Positions 1 through 8,723 of a DNA stretch of 64,000 nucleotides are shown one piece after another. Location: contig JAHDQN010000034.1 in the NCBI GenBank assembly GCA_018433775.1, forward strand, positions 20,479-84,478, written 5' to 3'. The first letter of the stretch is position 1. Every line of letters starts with the position of its first letter. Origin of the DNA: Deltaproteobacteria bacterium. GTDB lineage: Bacteria > Desulfobacterota > Desulfomonilia > UBA1062. Both the position numbers and the translations under genes were made by a program. Below the pieces are notes generated by a model. It searched no databases, had not been told where the DNA came from, and saw nothing but the letters and a program-made list of their open reading frames with translations.

Positions 1-844
1 ATCCCCTCTGGTCCAGCGTAATGCCTGCAACCCCGGCATTCAGGGCACCGGTGCTGGGTTCTATACCCGTGACCACCAGCAGTGCGTTCCCGCCAAGCAC
101 CTCGCCGTCTCCCAGGTGCAGGTGCACAGTGTTCAGATCATACTCCACCTTCTCCACGGTCTTTCCCAGAGAGAACTGTATGCCTTCTTCTTCCAGAGCC
201 TCGGACAATAGTCTGCTGACATCCGGACTCTCTCTCCCGAGGATCCTCTCGTTCGTGTCGACAATGTGCACCGAGCTCCCCAGCCGGGCGAGTCCCTGGC
301 CCAGCTCGAGACCAGTATAGCCACCGCCGAGGATCAGCATGCGATCCGGTAGGGCCTCCAGATCCCAGAAGCTCCGGTAGGTGAGAAAAGGCCCCTCCTT
401 AATGCCGGGTATCGGGGGGATCACGGGCATGCTCCCGGTATCGATCACAACCAGGGGTGCCTCGTATTCGCTGTTTCCCGCCCTCACATGGCCGCTGCCG
501 GTAAAGGATGCCTCGGCGCGGACTATCTGCACGCCGCCCTTGTCGAGTCTGTCCTGCGTCGATCGGGCGAATCTGTCGCGTATGCTGCGCACACGCTCCA
601 TCACTCCCGGAAAATCCACTTCCACCCGTGCCTGCACGCCGAGCCTGGCTGCAGCGCGCGCCCTGCCCGCTGCATGGGCCGATGCCAGAAATGCCTTGGA
701 GGGCGTGCACCCCCAGTTGATACAGCTTCCGCCGAAGCGGCTCCTCTCGAAAAGCACCACCTTTTTGCCCCGAGAGGCCATCTCAACGGCAAACGGGACC
801 CCGCCCTGTCCGCTTCCGATCACCGCAACATCTATGTGCTCCAT
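1..844 (-). CDS. FAD-dependent pyridine nucleotide-disulfide oxidoreductase (class I, dihydrolipoamide dehydrogenase/mercuric reductase-like); 3' end outside window
   Basis: Absent from the ORF track because it runs off the left edge. Reverse-strand translation from ATG at 844 gives MEHIDVAVIGSGQGGVPFAVEMASRGKKVVLFERSRFGGSCINWGCTPSKAF. This has a GxGxxG FAD fold and a redox-active CxxxxC. A second dinucleotide fold, MLILGGGYTGLELG, is in frame at 340. The frame is open to nt 1. Confidence 0.8.
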   Translation of the reverse strand, partial: MEHIDVAVIGSGQGGVPFAVEMASRGKKVVLFERSRFGGSCINWGCTPSKAFLASAHAAGRARAAARLGVQARVEVDFPGVMERVRSIRDRFARSTQDRLDKGGVQIVRAEASFTGSGHVRAGNSEYEAPLVVIDTGSMPVIPPIPGIKEGPFLTYRSFWDLEALPDRMLILGGGYTGLELGQGLARLGSSVHIVDTNERILGRESPDVSRLLSEALEEEGIQFSLGKTVEKVEYDLNTVHLHLGDGEVLGGNALLVVTGIEPSTGALNAGVAGITLDQRG

Positions 845-1329
845 GTAAAGCCTCCCTGGACCCTTTTTGGATGAAAGGGCCTCTTTCTATTTCGTAATGC
901 GCGCCAATGCGCAAATCGGTAGGCCAATGGGGGTCGCTTCGTCCGGCTCCCTGGTGCTGAGCCCTGTCTCCCGCTTCTGGAGCGGCCTTGATAAGATCGT
1001 GCTTGAGAATACATAAAGTCTTATGAACATCGAGCCATCACGGCCGCGAACATCCTTTTCTGAGCGGAGGCGTACAGTTCGCCCGCTTTCCTAACGGCAA
1101 GGCTGAGAAAGGTGAATCATCCGTGAACGAAAGGTTCAAGGAGACAATGAACCCGGTGTCCGGAAGACTCGCTTGCCGGTGCAGTCACTCGCCTGCAACA
1201 CACAGGGGTCTTCCCGCTTGCCGCGGAAAGAAACGGCCAGGGAGGAATCCAGGGTGATCATTGGATCATTCGCCTCGAAAGATAGGCAGACCCCTTTCAG
1301 GTCATCTGAATACATTCCGGAGGATAAAA

Positions 1330-2556
1330 ATGGCAGATACTCCAGTTCCCCAGGCATTTCGTATCATATGCAGACCCTCGGGCGCCTCCTGCAACCTCTG
1401 CTGTGATTACTGCGCCAGCCCTGAAACGTCGCACCCGGAGTCTCAGAGCGGCTTCAGGATGACGGAAATCGTGCACGAATCGTTCATACAACAGGTGCTC
1501 GGTGCACACCGGGGGCCTCGAGTGCATATCGTCTGGCAGGGAGGGGAGCCGATGCTCAGCGGTATCAATTTCTTCAGGCGAACCATCGAGCTTCAGGAGA
1601 AATACGGGAGACCGGGCACCCGCGTCGAGAACACACTCAAGACCAATGGGCTTCTGCTCGACGATCAGTGGTGCAGAATGCTCCATGAGCATGATTTCCT
1701 CATCGCTCTGGATATGGACGGCCGGCAAGAGCTGCACGACAATCATCGCAGAGACAAAAATGGACGTGGAACCTTTGAGCGTGCCCTGAAGGCGGTACGG
1801 ATGCTCCGGAAGCACCGGATAAGGTTCGGGGTTCTGTGCAGGGTGAGCCGCAGGAACGGCCAGTATCCCCTCCCGGTCTACCGATTCTTCCGGGACGAGC
1901 TCGAAGCCGGGCAGATCCGGTTCATTCCCCTGGTTCACAGAACCCGGGAGGGCGTTCATCATCAGGGTGACTCCGTAACGGACTTCTCGGTGCGCCCGCA
2001 CCAGTGGGGCCGTTTTCTCTCGGAGATCTTCGATGAATGGGCCGCCCGTGACATGGGGACGGTCACGGTCCTGAACTTCGAAGAGATCCTGGCTGGTCTG
2101 CGCGGGCTGCCGGACCGGGCCTGCTTACTGTCACCTGACTGCAACGGGGGAATCGTCCTGGATCACAACGGAGACGTGTATCCGTGTGATCGTTTTGTCG
2201 AGCCTGGTCATTCTCTGGGAAACATCCTCAGAAGCCCTCTCATGGACCTCGTGTCTTCCGAGCGGCGGCTCAAGTTCCTTTCCGACAAGCGGGACACGCT
2301 TCCCCGGTCTTGCCGGGAGTGTTCCTTTCTTCCCATATGCAACGGAGAATGTCCGAGAAACCGTTTTATGGCGAGCCCTCATGGAAAAGATGGTCTGAAC
2401 TATCTGTGTGCGGGATACCGCACGTTTTTCCGGCATATCGGGCCTGCCATGAAGCTCATAGCCGATCTCCACGACCGGGGCGAGCCGGCTCACGGTATCA
2501 TGTCGGTACTGGCGGAGCAGCATGCCGATTCCCAGGCGGCAATCATCAACGAGTGA
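1330..2556 (+). CDS. Radical SAM/SPASM maturase, anaerobic sulfatase-maturating enzyme-like
   Basis: CX3CX2C cluster (SCNLCCDYC) about 20 aa from the N-terminus. C-terminal Cys-rich SPASM region (CRECSFLPICNGECPRNRF). ATG at 1330 is preceded by GGAGGA. The track ORF starts upstream at a TTG (1261). Confidence 0.8.
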   Translation: MADTPVPQAFRIICRPSGASCNLCCDYCASPETSHPESQSGFRMTEIVHESFIQQVLGAHRGPRVHIVWQGGEPMLSGINFFRRTIELQEKYGRPGTRVENTLKTNGLLLDDQWCRMLHEHDFLIALDMDGRQELHDNHRRDKNGRGTFERALKAVRMLRKHRIRFGVLCRVSRRNGQYPLPVYRFFRDELEAGQIRFIPLVHRTREGVHHQGDSVTDFSVRPHQWGRFLSEIFDEWAARDMGTVTVLNFEEILAGLRGLPDRACLLSPDCNGGIVLDHNGDVYPCDRFVEPGHSLGNILRSPLMDLVSSERRLKFLSDKRDTLPRSCRECSFLPICNGECPRNRFMASPHGKDGLNYLCAGYRTFFRHIGPAMKLIADLHDRGEPAHGIMSVLAEQHADSQAAIINE

Positions 2557-2682
2557 GCGTTCGACCTATCCCGGCAACAGGGCCGGTGACGCAGTTCCGA
2601 CAGGTTGAGAATCCCGGGCGGTTCAGGTTTGGATCCCTCACGGGGGACCTGCTTCACCCGGGTCCGGAGGTGATAATTTTCC

Positions 2683-3078
2683 ATGGAAAGACTGGAGCCC
2701 ACCCTGAGGGTCTTTGCCGAATTGCTGGTAGTGCCCATCGAGGCTATAGCCGCCCTGATCGTTGCAGTGGGGGTGGCAACGACCTTTGCAAGGCTGATCC
2801 GTCTCAGGGGAATCAAGGATCTGCAGAAGTTCCTGAGGATACGCCTCCTTTTTTCACGCTATCTGGTTCTCGCCCTGGAGTTTCAGCTCGCTGCCGACAT
2901 CCTCGGGACCGCCGTGTCTCCAACCTGGAGCCAGATCGGCAAACTGGGCGTCATCGCCTTCATCCGCACCTTTCTCAACATATTCCTGGTACGCGAGATG
3001 AAACACGCGGAAGAAGTGCTGGGAGAGGTTCCCTTCCGACCGAGAGGGGATCGTGACCCCCGTGATGGTGTCCCTTAA
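2683..3078 (+). CDS. DUF1622 family small membrane protein
   Basis: 131 aa. Two or three hydrophobic helices and the family-typical LEFQLAADILGTAV..W..IGKLGVIAFIRTFLNIFLVRE core. Confidence 0.65.
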   Translation: MERLEPTLRVFAELLVVPIEAIAALIVAVGVATTFARLIRLRGIKDLQKFLRIRLLFSRYLVLALEFQLAADILGTAVSPTWSQIGKLGVIAFIRTFLNIFLVREMKHAEEVLGEVPFRPRGDRDPRDGVP

Positions 3079-3573
3079 GGGGCCATAATTCCGAACGCAT
3101 ACAATTACCCAAGGGCATCTGCTTTTTCTGGAGGCCTTGCCAGATGGTCCAGGCCATCAAGTCTCGGAATGAACTACCCCGCGGCAAGCTACGGGGTATC
3201 AATACCCATATATTGAATAGCCCTTGCGGACAACCACGACTGTAAGGATGAAAATTCCTTGAGAAACACCTGCGAAAGGACCATGATTGGGCTGATAAGC
3301 ACCATGGAAGCTGAAATGGTCGGCGCTCCAGACCAGCAACACAAGATCAAAAACGGTAGCAATATACGCAAGCCTCATAAAATCACCAGTTTCTCATCTC
3401 CTCGACCTCGTGACCTATCTTCGAAAGCTACGTACAACTTCAGTTTCCAGGGTAAGTATTTCGAGGTATGCCTGCATTTGCCGGCGTTATGAGAAGTCCT
3501 CCTTCGCCAAGGCTACGGAGGACATCCTACGCTTGCTCGCTTCCAGCAACGCTTGTCACTCGCTGCTGAAACA

Positions 3574-3929
<356 letters not shown>

Positions 3930-4001
3930 GTGGCGTGTTCGTATTGCGCAGGTGTGTTGCAGCTGTGATGAATATGACTATAGTATTGATGCACGAAGAA
4001 G

Positions 4002-4568
4002 TCAAACGATCCGAATCGATGCATCCTCAATCATTTCACAGAGAATGTGGCCGATGAGGATATGAGCCTCCTGGATCCTCGGCGTGCTCTGCGAGGGTAC
4101 GGAGAGGGTGCAATCCGCGTGCTCGTTGATCGTCCCGCCCTTTCCGGCGAGGGCTATCGTCGATATCCCCATCGACCTCGCCTCGTCGAGCGCCCTGATG
4201 ATGTCCCCTGAACTGCCCCTGGTGGATATCCCCACCAGCACGTCCCCTTCCCTGCCAAGAGCCCTGACCTGTTTGGAAAAGATCTCGTCGAAGGAGAAGT
4301 CGTTGCCCACCGAGGTGATGACCGAGGTGTCGGTGGTCAGCGCAAGGCCGGCGATGGGCTTCCGGTTCTTCCGGAACCGGTTTACAAGCTCTGCTGCCAG
4401 GTGCTGGGCGTCGGCCGCCGAGCCGCCGTTGCCGGCGAACATGATCTTCCCTCCCCTGGCGAGCGCGTCGATCATCATCCGCGCGGCTCTGCCGATTTCC
4501 GGAACCAGTTGCGAGAGACGGCTGTGAAGCTGTATGCTCTCCTCAATGATTTCCTCTATGCGGTCCAT
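4002..4568 (-). CDS. gmhA: Phosphoheptose isomerase (SIS domain)
   Basis: GNGGSAADAQHLAAELVNRF, LTTDTSVITSVGNDFSFDEIFSKQV, GISTRGSSGDI and TPRIQEAHILIGHILCE match the GmhA pattern. Start placed at internal ATG (MDRIEEI), giving about 188 aa. The track ORF extends to 4649. Confidence 0.8.
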   Translation of the reverse strand: MDRIEEIIEESIQLHSRLSQLVPEIGRAARMMIDALARGGKIMFAGNGGSAADAQHLAAELVNRFRKNRKPIAGLALTTDTSVITSVGNDFSFDEIFSKQVRALGREGDVLVGISTRGSSGDIIRALDEARSMGISTIALAGKGGTINEHADCTLSVPSQSTPRIQEAHILIGHILCEMIEDASIRIV

Positions 4569-4846
4569 GGCACGCCTCACCCCTTTTGACAATCGATTCT
4601 CTCGAATTACCTGATCATATAGGCGAGTTCGCCCCCGAACACAAGTCAATCATTGCACCTGATAAGCCTGCGGGTCGATGCCGCCCGGAGCAACCGGGCC
4701 GATTTTAGGATGATGCATTTGCCTAAAAGCATGCACACAAGCTGCACAGCCCTGTGCATTCTCGGGCCGAACGGGGACCCGCCTAGTCCGGGGACGAGCT
4801 TCCAGGATTTATCAGGCCAGGGAAACAACATAAAACAGGAACACGG

Positions 4847-5119
4847 CTAAACTCGAAAATGGCCGTCCTTCTGAGAGTAATCCAGATAAAAGTCTTTTTT
4901 AAAGCTCTGGAAGATGGACAGAAAATCCCTGTTGTAATCGTCGGTGTTGGAAAAACTTCTGAAGTCGTCCGCCATGGCATTCCGATCAGTGAACTGCCGA
5001 AAGTCCTGGGTGATCAGATCCGAGAGATCGATCGAGCGGAGGCTTTTTTTCTCGAAAAAGGTGAATCTGCTGACCAGCATGCCGATCAGTGTGCTGAGTA
5101 TTATACGAAAGTAGCGCAT
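4847..5119 (-). CDS. Hypothetical small protein with N-terminal hydrophobic anchor
   Basis: 90-aa ORF. ATG is preceded by GGAGCACAGGG. N-terminal MRYFRIILSTLIGMLVSRF looks like a signal or anchor. Lower GC than its neighbours. No recognisable family. Confidence 0.4.
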   Translation of the reverse strand: MRYFRIILSTLIGMLVSRFTFFEKKSLRSIDLSDLITQDFRQFTDRNAMADDFRSFSNTDDYNRDFLSIFQSFKKDFYLDYSQKDGHFRV

Positions 5120-5244
5120 CCCTGTGCTCCTTTTCTAGGTTCTTCAATAGTCTCTTTATCGGTCATACACCTTAAAGTATGAATGTCGCCCCAGTGCCGT
5201 CAAGGGTAAAGAAAGCCGCAGGACAAGCCGATAGAACAATAAAT

Positions 5245-5571
5245 ATGAAGGGCACGATAAAAGATATTCTGAAAATTTCAGGTGTTCACGGATATGTGCT
5301 CGCACGGGACAGAACCATGCAGATCAAGCTCCCGTCAAAGCACCGGTTTGCCGGGGCGAAAAAGCAGATAAAGCTGCTCTACGAGGACCTGATGCAGACC
5401 CCGAAGAGACCCGGCAACACCATGGAGATATTTTTTGATGACCTGGTGTTGACCGTTTTCACCAACGGCATTACCATGCTCATGGTGCTGTCGAGCACCC
5501 GCGTGAATCTTGCCCTGGTGAGAATGACCGGGAAACTGGTCATTGCGAACCTCGTGAAGGAGAAGTTTTAG
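5245..5571 (+). CDS. Roadblock/LC7 (MglB-like) domain protein
   Basis: About 108 aa with a roadblock-like pattern (ILKISGVHGYVLARD...MEIFFDDLVLTVFTNGITMLMVLSSTRVNLALVRMTGKLV). Its stop abuts the next ATG. An alternative ATG at 5179 would add 22 aa. Confidence 0.55.
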   Translation: MKGTIKDILKISGVHGYVLARDRTMQIKLPSKHRFAGAKKQIKLLYEDLMQTPKRPGNTMEIFFDDLVLTVFTNGITMLMVLSSTRVNLALVRMTGKLVIANLVKEKF

Positions 5572-6381
5572 ATGAACCAGGATATCAGCGGCGGCCTGGA
5601 CACCACGAGGTGCCCGGAGATCGTCAAGATCCTCTCGCTGGGGAAACGCTCAGGAAAGCTTTCTCTGAGCAACGGCTCCCAGTCGGGAAACATCTTTTTC
5701 CGCGACGGAGAGATTATCCATGCCCAGTGCGGTGCCCTGCAGGGAGCAAAGGCCGTTTACGAGCTCGCGGTTTGGACCTCGGGCGAGTACCGGTTCAGTG
5801 TGGATGAGATGCCGGATGCGATCACGGTGGAGCTTTCGGTCGACGAGATCCTTTCCGAGGCCACAAACCGCATCAGGCAGATGGACCGTGTAATCTCGCT
5901 CATACCCTCAAGCACGATCGTATACGCATTTGACCCCGAGATAAAGGAAAAGGAGATCGTGCTCAAATCCATTCAGTGGAAGATCCTCTCCCAGATCGAC
6001 GGGAAAAAAACCATTTCCGATATCGCCCAGAACACCGGTCTGGGTGTGTCCGACACCATGAAGGTGTTCTATACCCTCGTGAAGTCGGGTCTGCTCCGGG
6101 AGGCATATCCCTCCGAGGCGGAATCCCACGTCGACATGGTCGAGCTCCCGGAAACCCCTTTCATGAATGCTTTGAAAGATGACCTCACTAAAGCGATCGG
6201 CCCTGTTGCGCCCTTCATCATCAGGGAAACGGCCCAGGAGATGGGCTTGGATCTCCTGGCTGACGATCTCGAACAGAAGGCTGCGCTCATCGAGACCATT
6301 TCGAGCAAGATCCCCAGCGAGACCATGTCGCTGCAGTTTCTCGACACCATGACCGACTGGATCAATACGGAGGAAATATAA
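5572..6381 (+). CDS. DUF4388 (PATAN-type) domain protein with central wHTH-like segment
   Basis: N-terminus has the DUF4388 signature: EIVKILSLGKRSGKLSLSNGSQSGNIFFRDGEIIHAQCGALQGAKAVYELAVWTSGEYRF. The middle part, WKILSQIDGKKTISDIAQNTGLGVSDTMKVFYTLVKSGLL, looks like a winged helix. Confidence 0.7.
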   Translation: MNQDISGGLDTTRCPEIVKILSLGKRSGKLSLSNGSQSGNIFFRDGEIIHAQCGALQGAKAVYELAVWTSGEYRFSVDEMPDAITVELSVDEILSEATNRIRQMDRVISLIPSSTIVYAFDPEIKEKEIVLKSIQWKILSQIDGKKTISDIAQNTGLGVSDTMKVFYTLVKSGLLREAYPSEAESHVDMVELPETPFMNALKDDLTKAIGPVAPFIIRETAQEMGLDLLADDLEQKAALIETISSKIPSETMSLQFLDTMTDWINTEEI

Positions 6382-6385
6382 TCCC

Positions 6386-7135
6386 ATGAAGATCGCATCG
6401 TTCGCAGTCGCCTTCTGCTGCTTCCTGGTGTTCCTCCTGGGTTCGGCCTTCTTTGTTCACACCCAGACGAAAGCCGTCGGCGACCTCGGGCTCTCCGTGC
6501 TGGAGGATCGACTGTACAAGGAAAATTCCGACATCCTCTCCTGGGCCATGATGAGCATGGACACCGAGAAACTTACCGAGGCTTCGCTGCCTGCCTCGTG
6601 GGGAGAGGTCCTTATTGTGAACAACGCGAACCTGGTGATCGTGAATTCCACCAACCAGGATCACGCGGGCAAGAAGATACACGCTCTCCCGCAGTTGCTC
6701 GACGAGGCGGCGCCCATCCTCGCCGCGATCAAAAAGTCCTCGCACGAGACCGTGCAGACGGAAGAGTACATGGTGGCCATCGCCCCGCTATCCCGGAACC
6801 GGACCCTCCTGGGGTTCAAGCCCAGATCGTGGGAACAGGGACTCATTTCCCAGCAGGATGCCCAGATCGGCAGGAGCGTCAAGTCTCTCAAGACCGTCCT
6901 GATGCTGTACCTGGGCGGTGGGCTGGTCCTCGCGATCATCTTTCCGCTGATCATCGTCTTCATGACCTCCCGGCACCTGAACCGGACGGCTAAGGCCTTC
7001 GAGCAGCTGAGCCTCGGCGATTTCGACGCCGAGCTCTCCCCGGCGGGAGGCAAGTCCATGGCAAGCCTCGCAGACTCGTTCTTCCGGCTGAAAACATCGC
7101 TGAAGATAGCCCTTGAGAAGCTCGGGAGCAGATAA
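6386..7135 (+). CDS. Membrane protein: N-terminal TM, about 150-aa extracytoplasmic domain, TM, HAMP domain, no output domain
   Basis: GGAGGA RBS. TM1 is IASFAVAFCCFLVFLLGSAFFV and TM2 is VLMLYLGGGLVLAIIFPLIIVFM. A HAMP-like stretch follows (TSRHLNRTAKAFEQLSLGDFDAEL...LADSFFRLKTSLK). The protein then ends. Confidence 0.7.
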   Translation: MKIASFAVAFCCFLVFLLGSAFFVHTQTKAVGDLGLSVLEDRLYKENSDILSWAMMSMDTEKLTEASLPASWGEVLIVNNANLVIVNSTNQDHAGKKIHALPQLLDEAAPILAAIKKSSHETVQTEEYMVAIAPLSRNRTLLGFKPRSWEQGLISQQDAQIGRSVKSLKTVLMLYLGGGLVLAIIFPLIIVFMTSRHLNRTAKAFEQLSLGDFDAELSPAGGKSMASLADSFFRLKTSLKIALEKLGSR

Positions 7136-7136
7136 C

Positions 7137-8207
7137 ATGCCCAAGCAGGTACTGATAGTCGACGACGAAGAAACCTTGACCTGGTCATTGGCCAAGTCTC
7201 TGTCCAACGACCGCGATACCTTCGAGGTGACCACCGCCAATGATGGTGAGACCGCACTCGACCTCATGAGAAGGAGCCCCTTCGACCTTGTCGTGCTCGA
7301 CATCAGGCTCCCCGGCATCAACGGCCTCGACGTGCTGCTGAAGATCAAGGATGAGAAACCGGCCACCAAGGTCATTATCATGACCGCGTACGGCTCTTCC
7401 GAGATCAAGGCAAAGGCAAAGGCGAGAGGCTCTCTGTTCTACATCGAAAAGCCCTTCGAGATCGAACAGATGCGCGGGCTCATCCTCAAAGCCCTCAGGG
7501 AAGAGAACGCGCGCGGGTTCGACGGAAGCATGACCGGGCTGCAGCTGCCCGACCTCATCCAGATGAACTGCCTGAGCCAGGTCACCACGGCGCTGTACAT
7601 CCGCAAGGATCAGCGCGAGGGATGCATCTTTTTCGAGGACGGCCAGATCACCCATGCCGAGATAGGAGCTGTCGAGGGTGAGGAGGCGCTGTTCAGCATC
7701 CTCTCGTGGTCGAGCGGGAGTTTCCGGTTCATGGGCGGGATGAAGGCGCCGAGGGTCACTATCAATACCAACTGGGAGTACCTGCTCATCGAGGGCATGA
7801 GAAAGGCCGACGAGATGAGCCTTGCACTGGAAAAGGGCGAGATCGACAACAGCGATATCACGCTCATCGACGAGCCCACGCGCATCGCGGTGAAAAATAT
7901 CTCGTCGCTGCCTGAATGTACGGGCGTGGCGGTCATTACCTCCGAAAACGAGGTTCTGTACCAGAGCGGCAAGATCACGGGCGATGTCGATCTGTCTTAC
8001 GTGACCGCCTTTTTTCTCAACATCACGGAGAATCTGGGCAGCCTCACCTCGTCCACACCGAAGAAGGTCACCTTCATCGATCTGAACCGGCTCGTGCTGG
8101 TCTATCCCTTCAAGATCTACGTGCTCGCATTGCTCTTCGACCGGGCTGTGCTCTCACAGGAGACCCTCTCAACCATCGAGCGCGTGATCACCCGTTACCA
8201 GATTTAA
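7137..8207 (+). CDS. Response regulator: REC + DUF4388/PATAN + roadblock-like C-terminus
   Basis: REC domain: QVLIVDDEE...DLVVLDIRLPGINGLDVL...KVIIMTAYG...YIEKPF. DUF4388: LPDLIQMNCLSQVTTALYIRKDQREGCIFFEDGQITHAEIG..EGEEALFSILSWSSGSFRF. ATG at 7137 lies one nt after the upstream TAA. Confidence 0.8.
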   Translation: MPKQVLIVDDEETLTWSLAKSLSNDRDTFEVTTANDGETALDLMRRSPFDLVVLDIRLPGINGLDVLLKIKDEKPATKVIIMTAYGSSEIKAKAKARGSLFYIEKPFEIEQMRGLILKALREENARGFDGSMTGLQLPDLIQMNCLSQVTTALYIRKDQREGCIFFEDGQITHAEIGAVEGEEALFSILSWSSGSFRFMGGMKAPRVTINTNWEYLLIEGMRKADEMSLALEKGEIDNSDITLIDEPTRIAVKNISSLPECTGVAVITSENEVLYQSGKITGDVDLSYVTAFFLNITENLGSLTSSTPKKVTFIDLNRLVLVYPFKIYVLALLFDRAVLSQETLSTIERVITRYQI

Positions 8208-8723
8208 GTGGTTCAGCCTTTCGGGCTCGAGGCCCGAGCACCGTACCAGAACCTGCTCCACCTCTGATGCATCCTCATAGTGCTTCAGAATCCGTTGCAT
8301 GCTCTGCTCGTTCTTTCCATAGCGGTCCATGAGATCGAGGAACCGCTTCTGGAGCGATACCACCCGGTCGTGCATAACCCTCTTGTCTGCGTAGTTGACC
8401 ACCATGGCCTCGTTCACCTCCAGGGACTCGAGACGGACGTGCTGGCCCACGATCTCTCCGATTCGCGGATACCCGAGCTCCTCCATGAGCCGCCTCCCCA
8501 TAAGGGCATGGTCCCCGCCGTTGATCAGGCTGCCGGCCTTGCAGATGTCGTGCAGAAGGGCCGCCCGGTCCACCAGGCGCATGTCGATCCCGTACCCGGC
8601 CTTCCCAAGCGTGACTGCCACGGTGACCGCCACCAGCCTGACCGCGTGGCTGTGGCGGATGATATGCGGGGGCATGCCCCGGTTATGCATGAGCTCAGAT
8701 GTCCATTCGCGGGAAGGTATCAC
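8169..8723 (-). CDS. HD/HDIG-domain phosphohydrolase
   Basis: IIRHSHAV...AALLHDICK...NYADKR metal-binding HD pattern. Start proposed at GTG 8723, which forms a GTGA overlap with the lptD stop. An ATG alternative lies at 8690. The track ORF (to 8861) would overlap lptD by 140 nt. Confidence 0.7.
   Translation of the reverse strand: MIPSREWTSELMHNRGMPPHIIRHSHAVRLVAVTVAVTLGKAGYGIDMRLVDRAALLHDICKAGSLINGGDHALMGRRLMEELGYPRIGEIVGQHVRLESLEVNEAMVVNYADKRVMHDRVVSLQKRFLDLMDRYGKNEQSMQRILKHYEDASEVEQVLVRCSGLEPERLNHLNLVTGDHALDG

Noticed and set aside
1100-1260. Cobalamin-riboswitch-like fragments upstream of the radical SAM gene: GGTGAATCATCC, CCGGAAGAC..TGCCGG resembling a B12 box, and GGAGGAATCCAGGGTG.
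   Set aside because: The elements are in the wrong order and too closely spaced. The B12-box-like element has a 4-nt insertion. No coherent consensus core could be assembled by eye.
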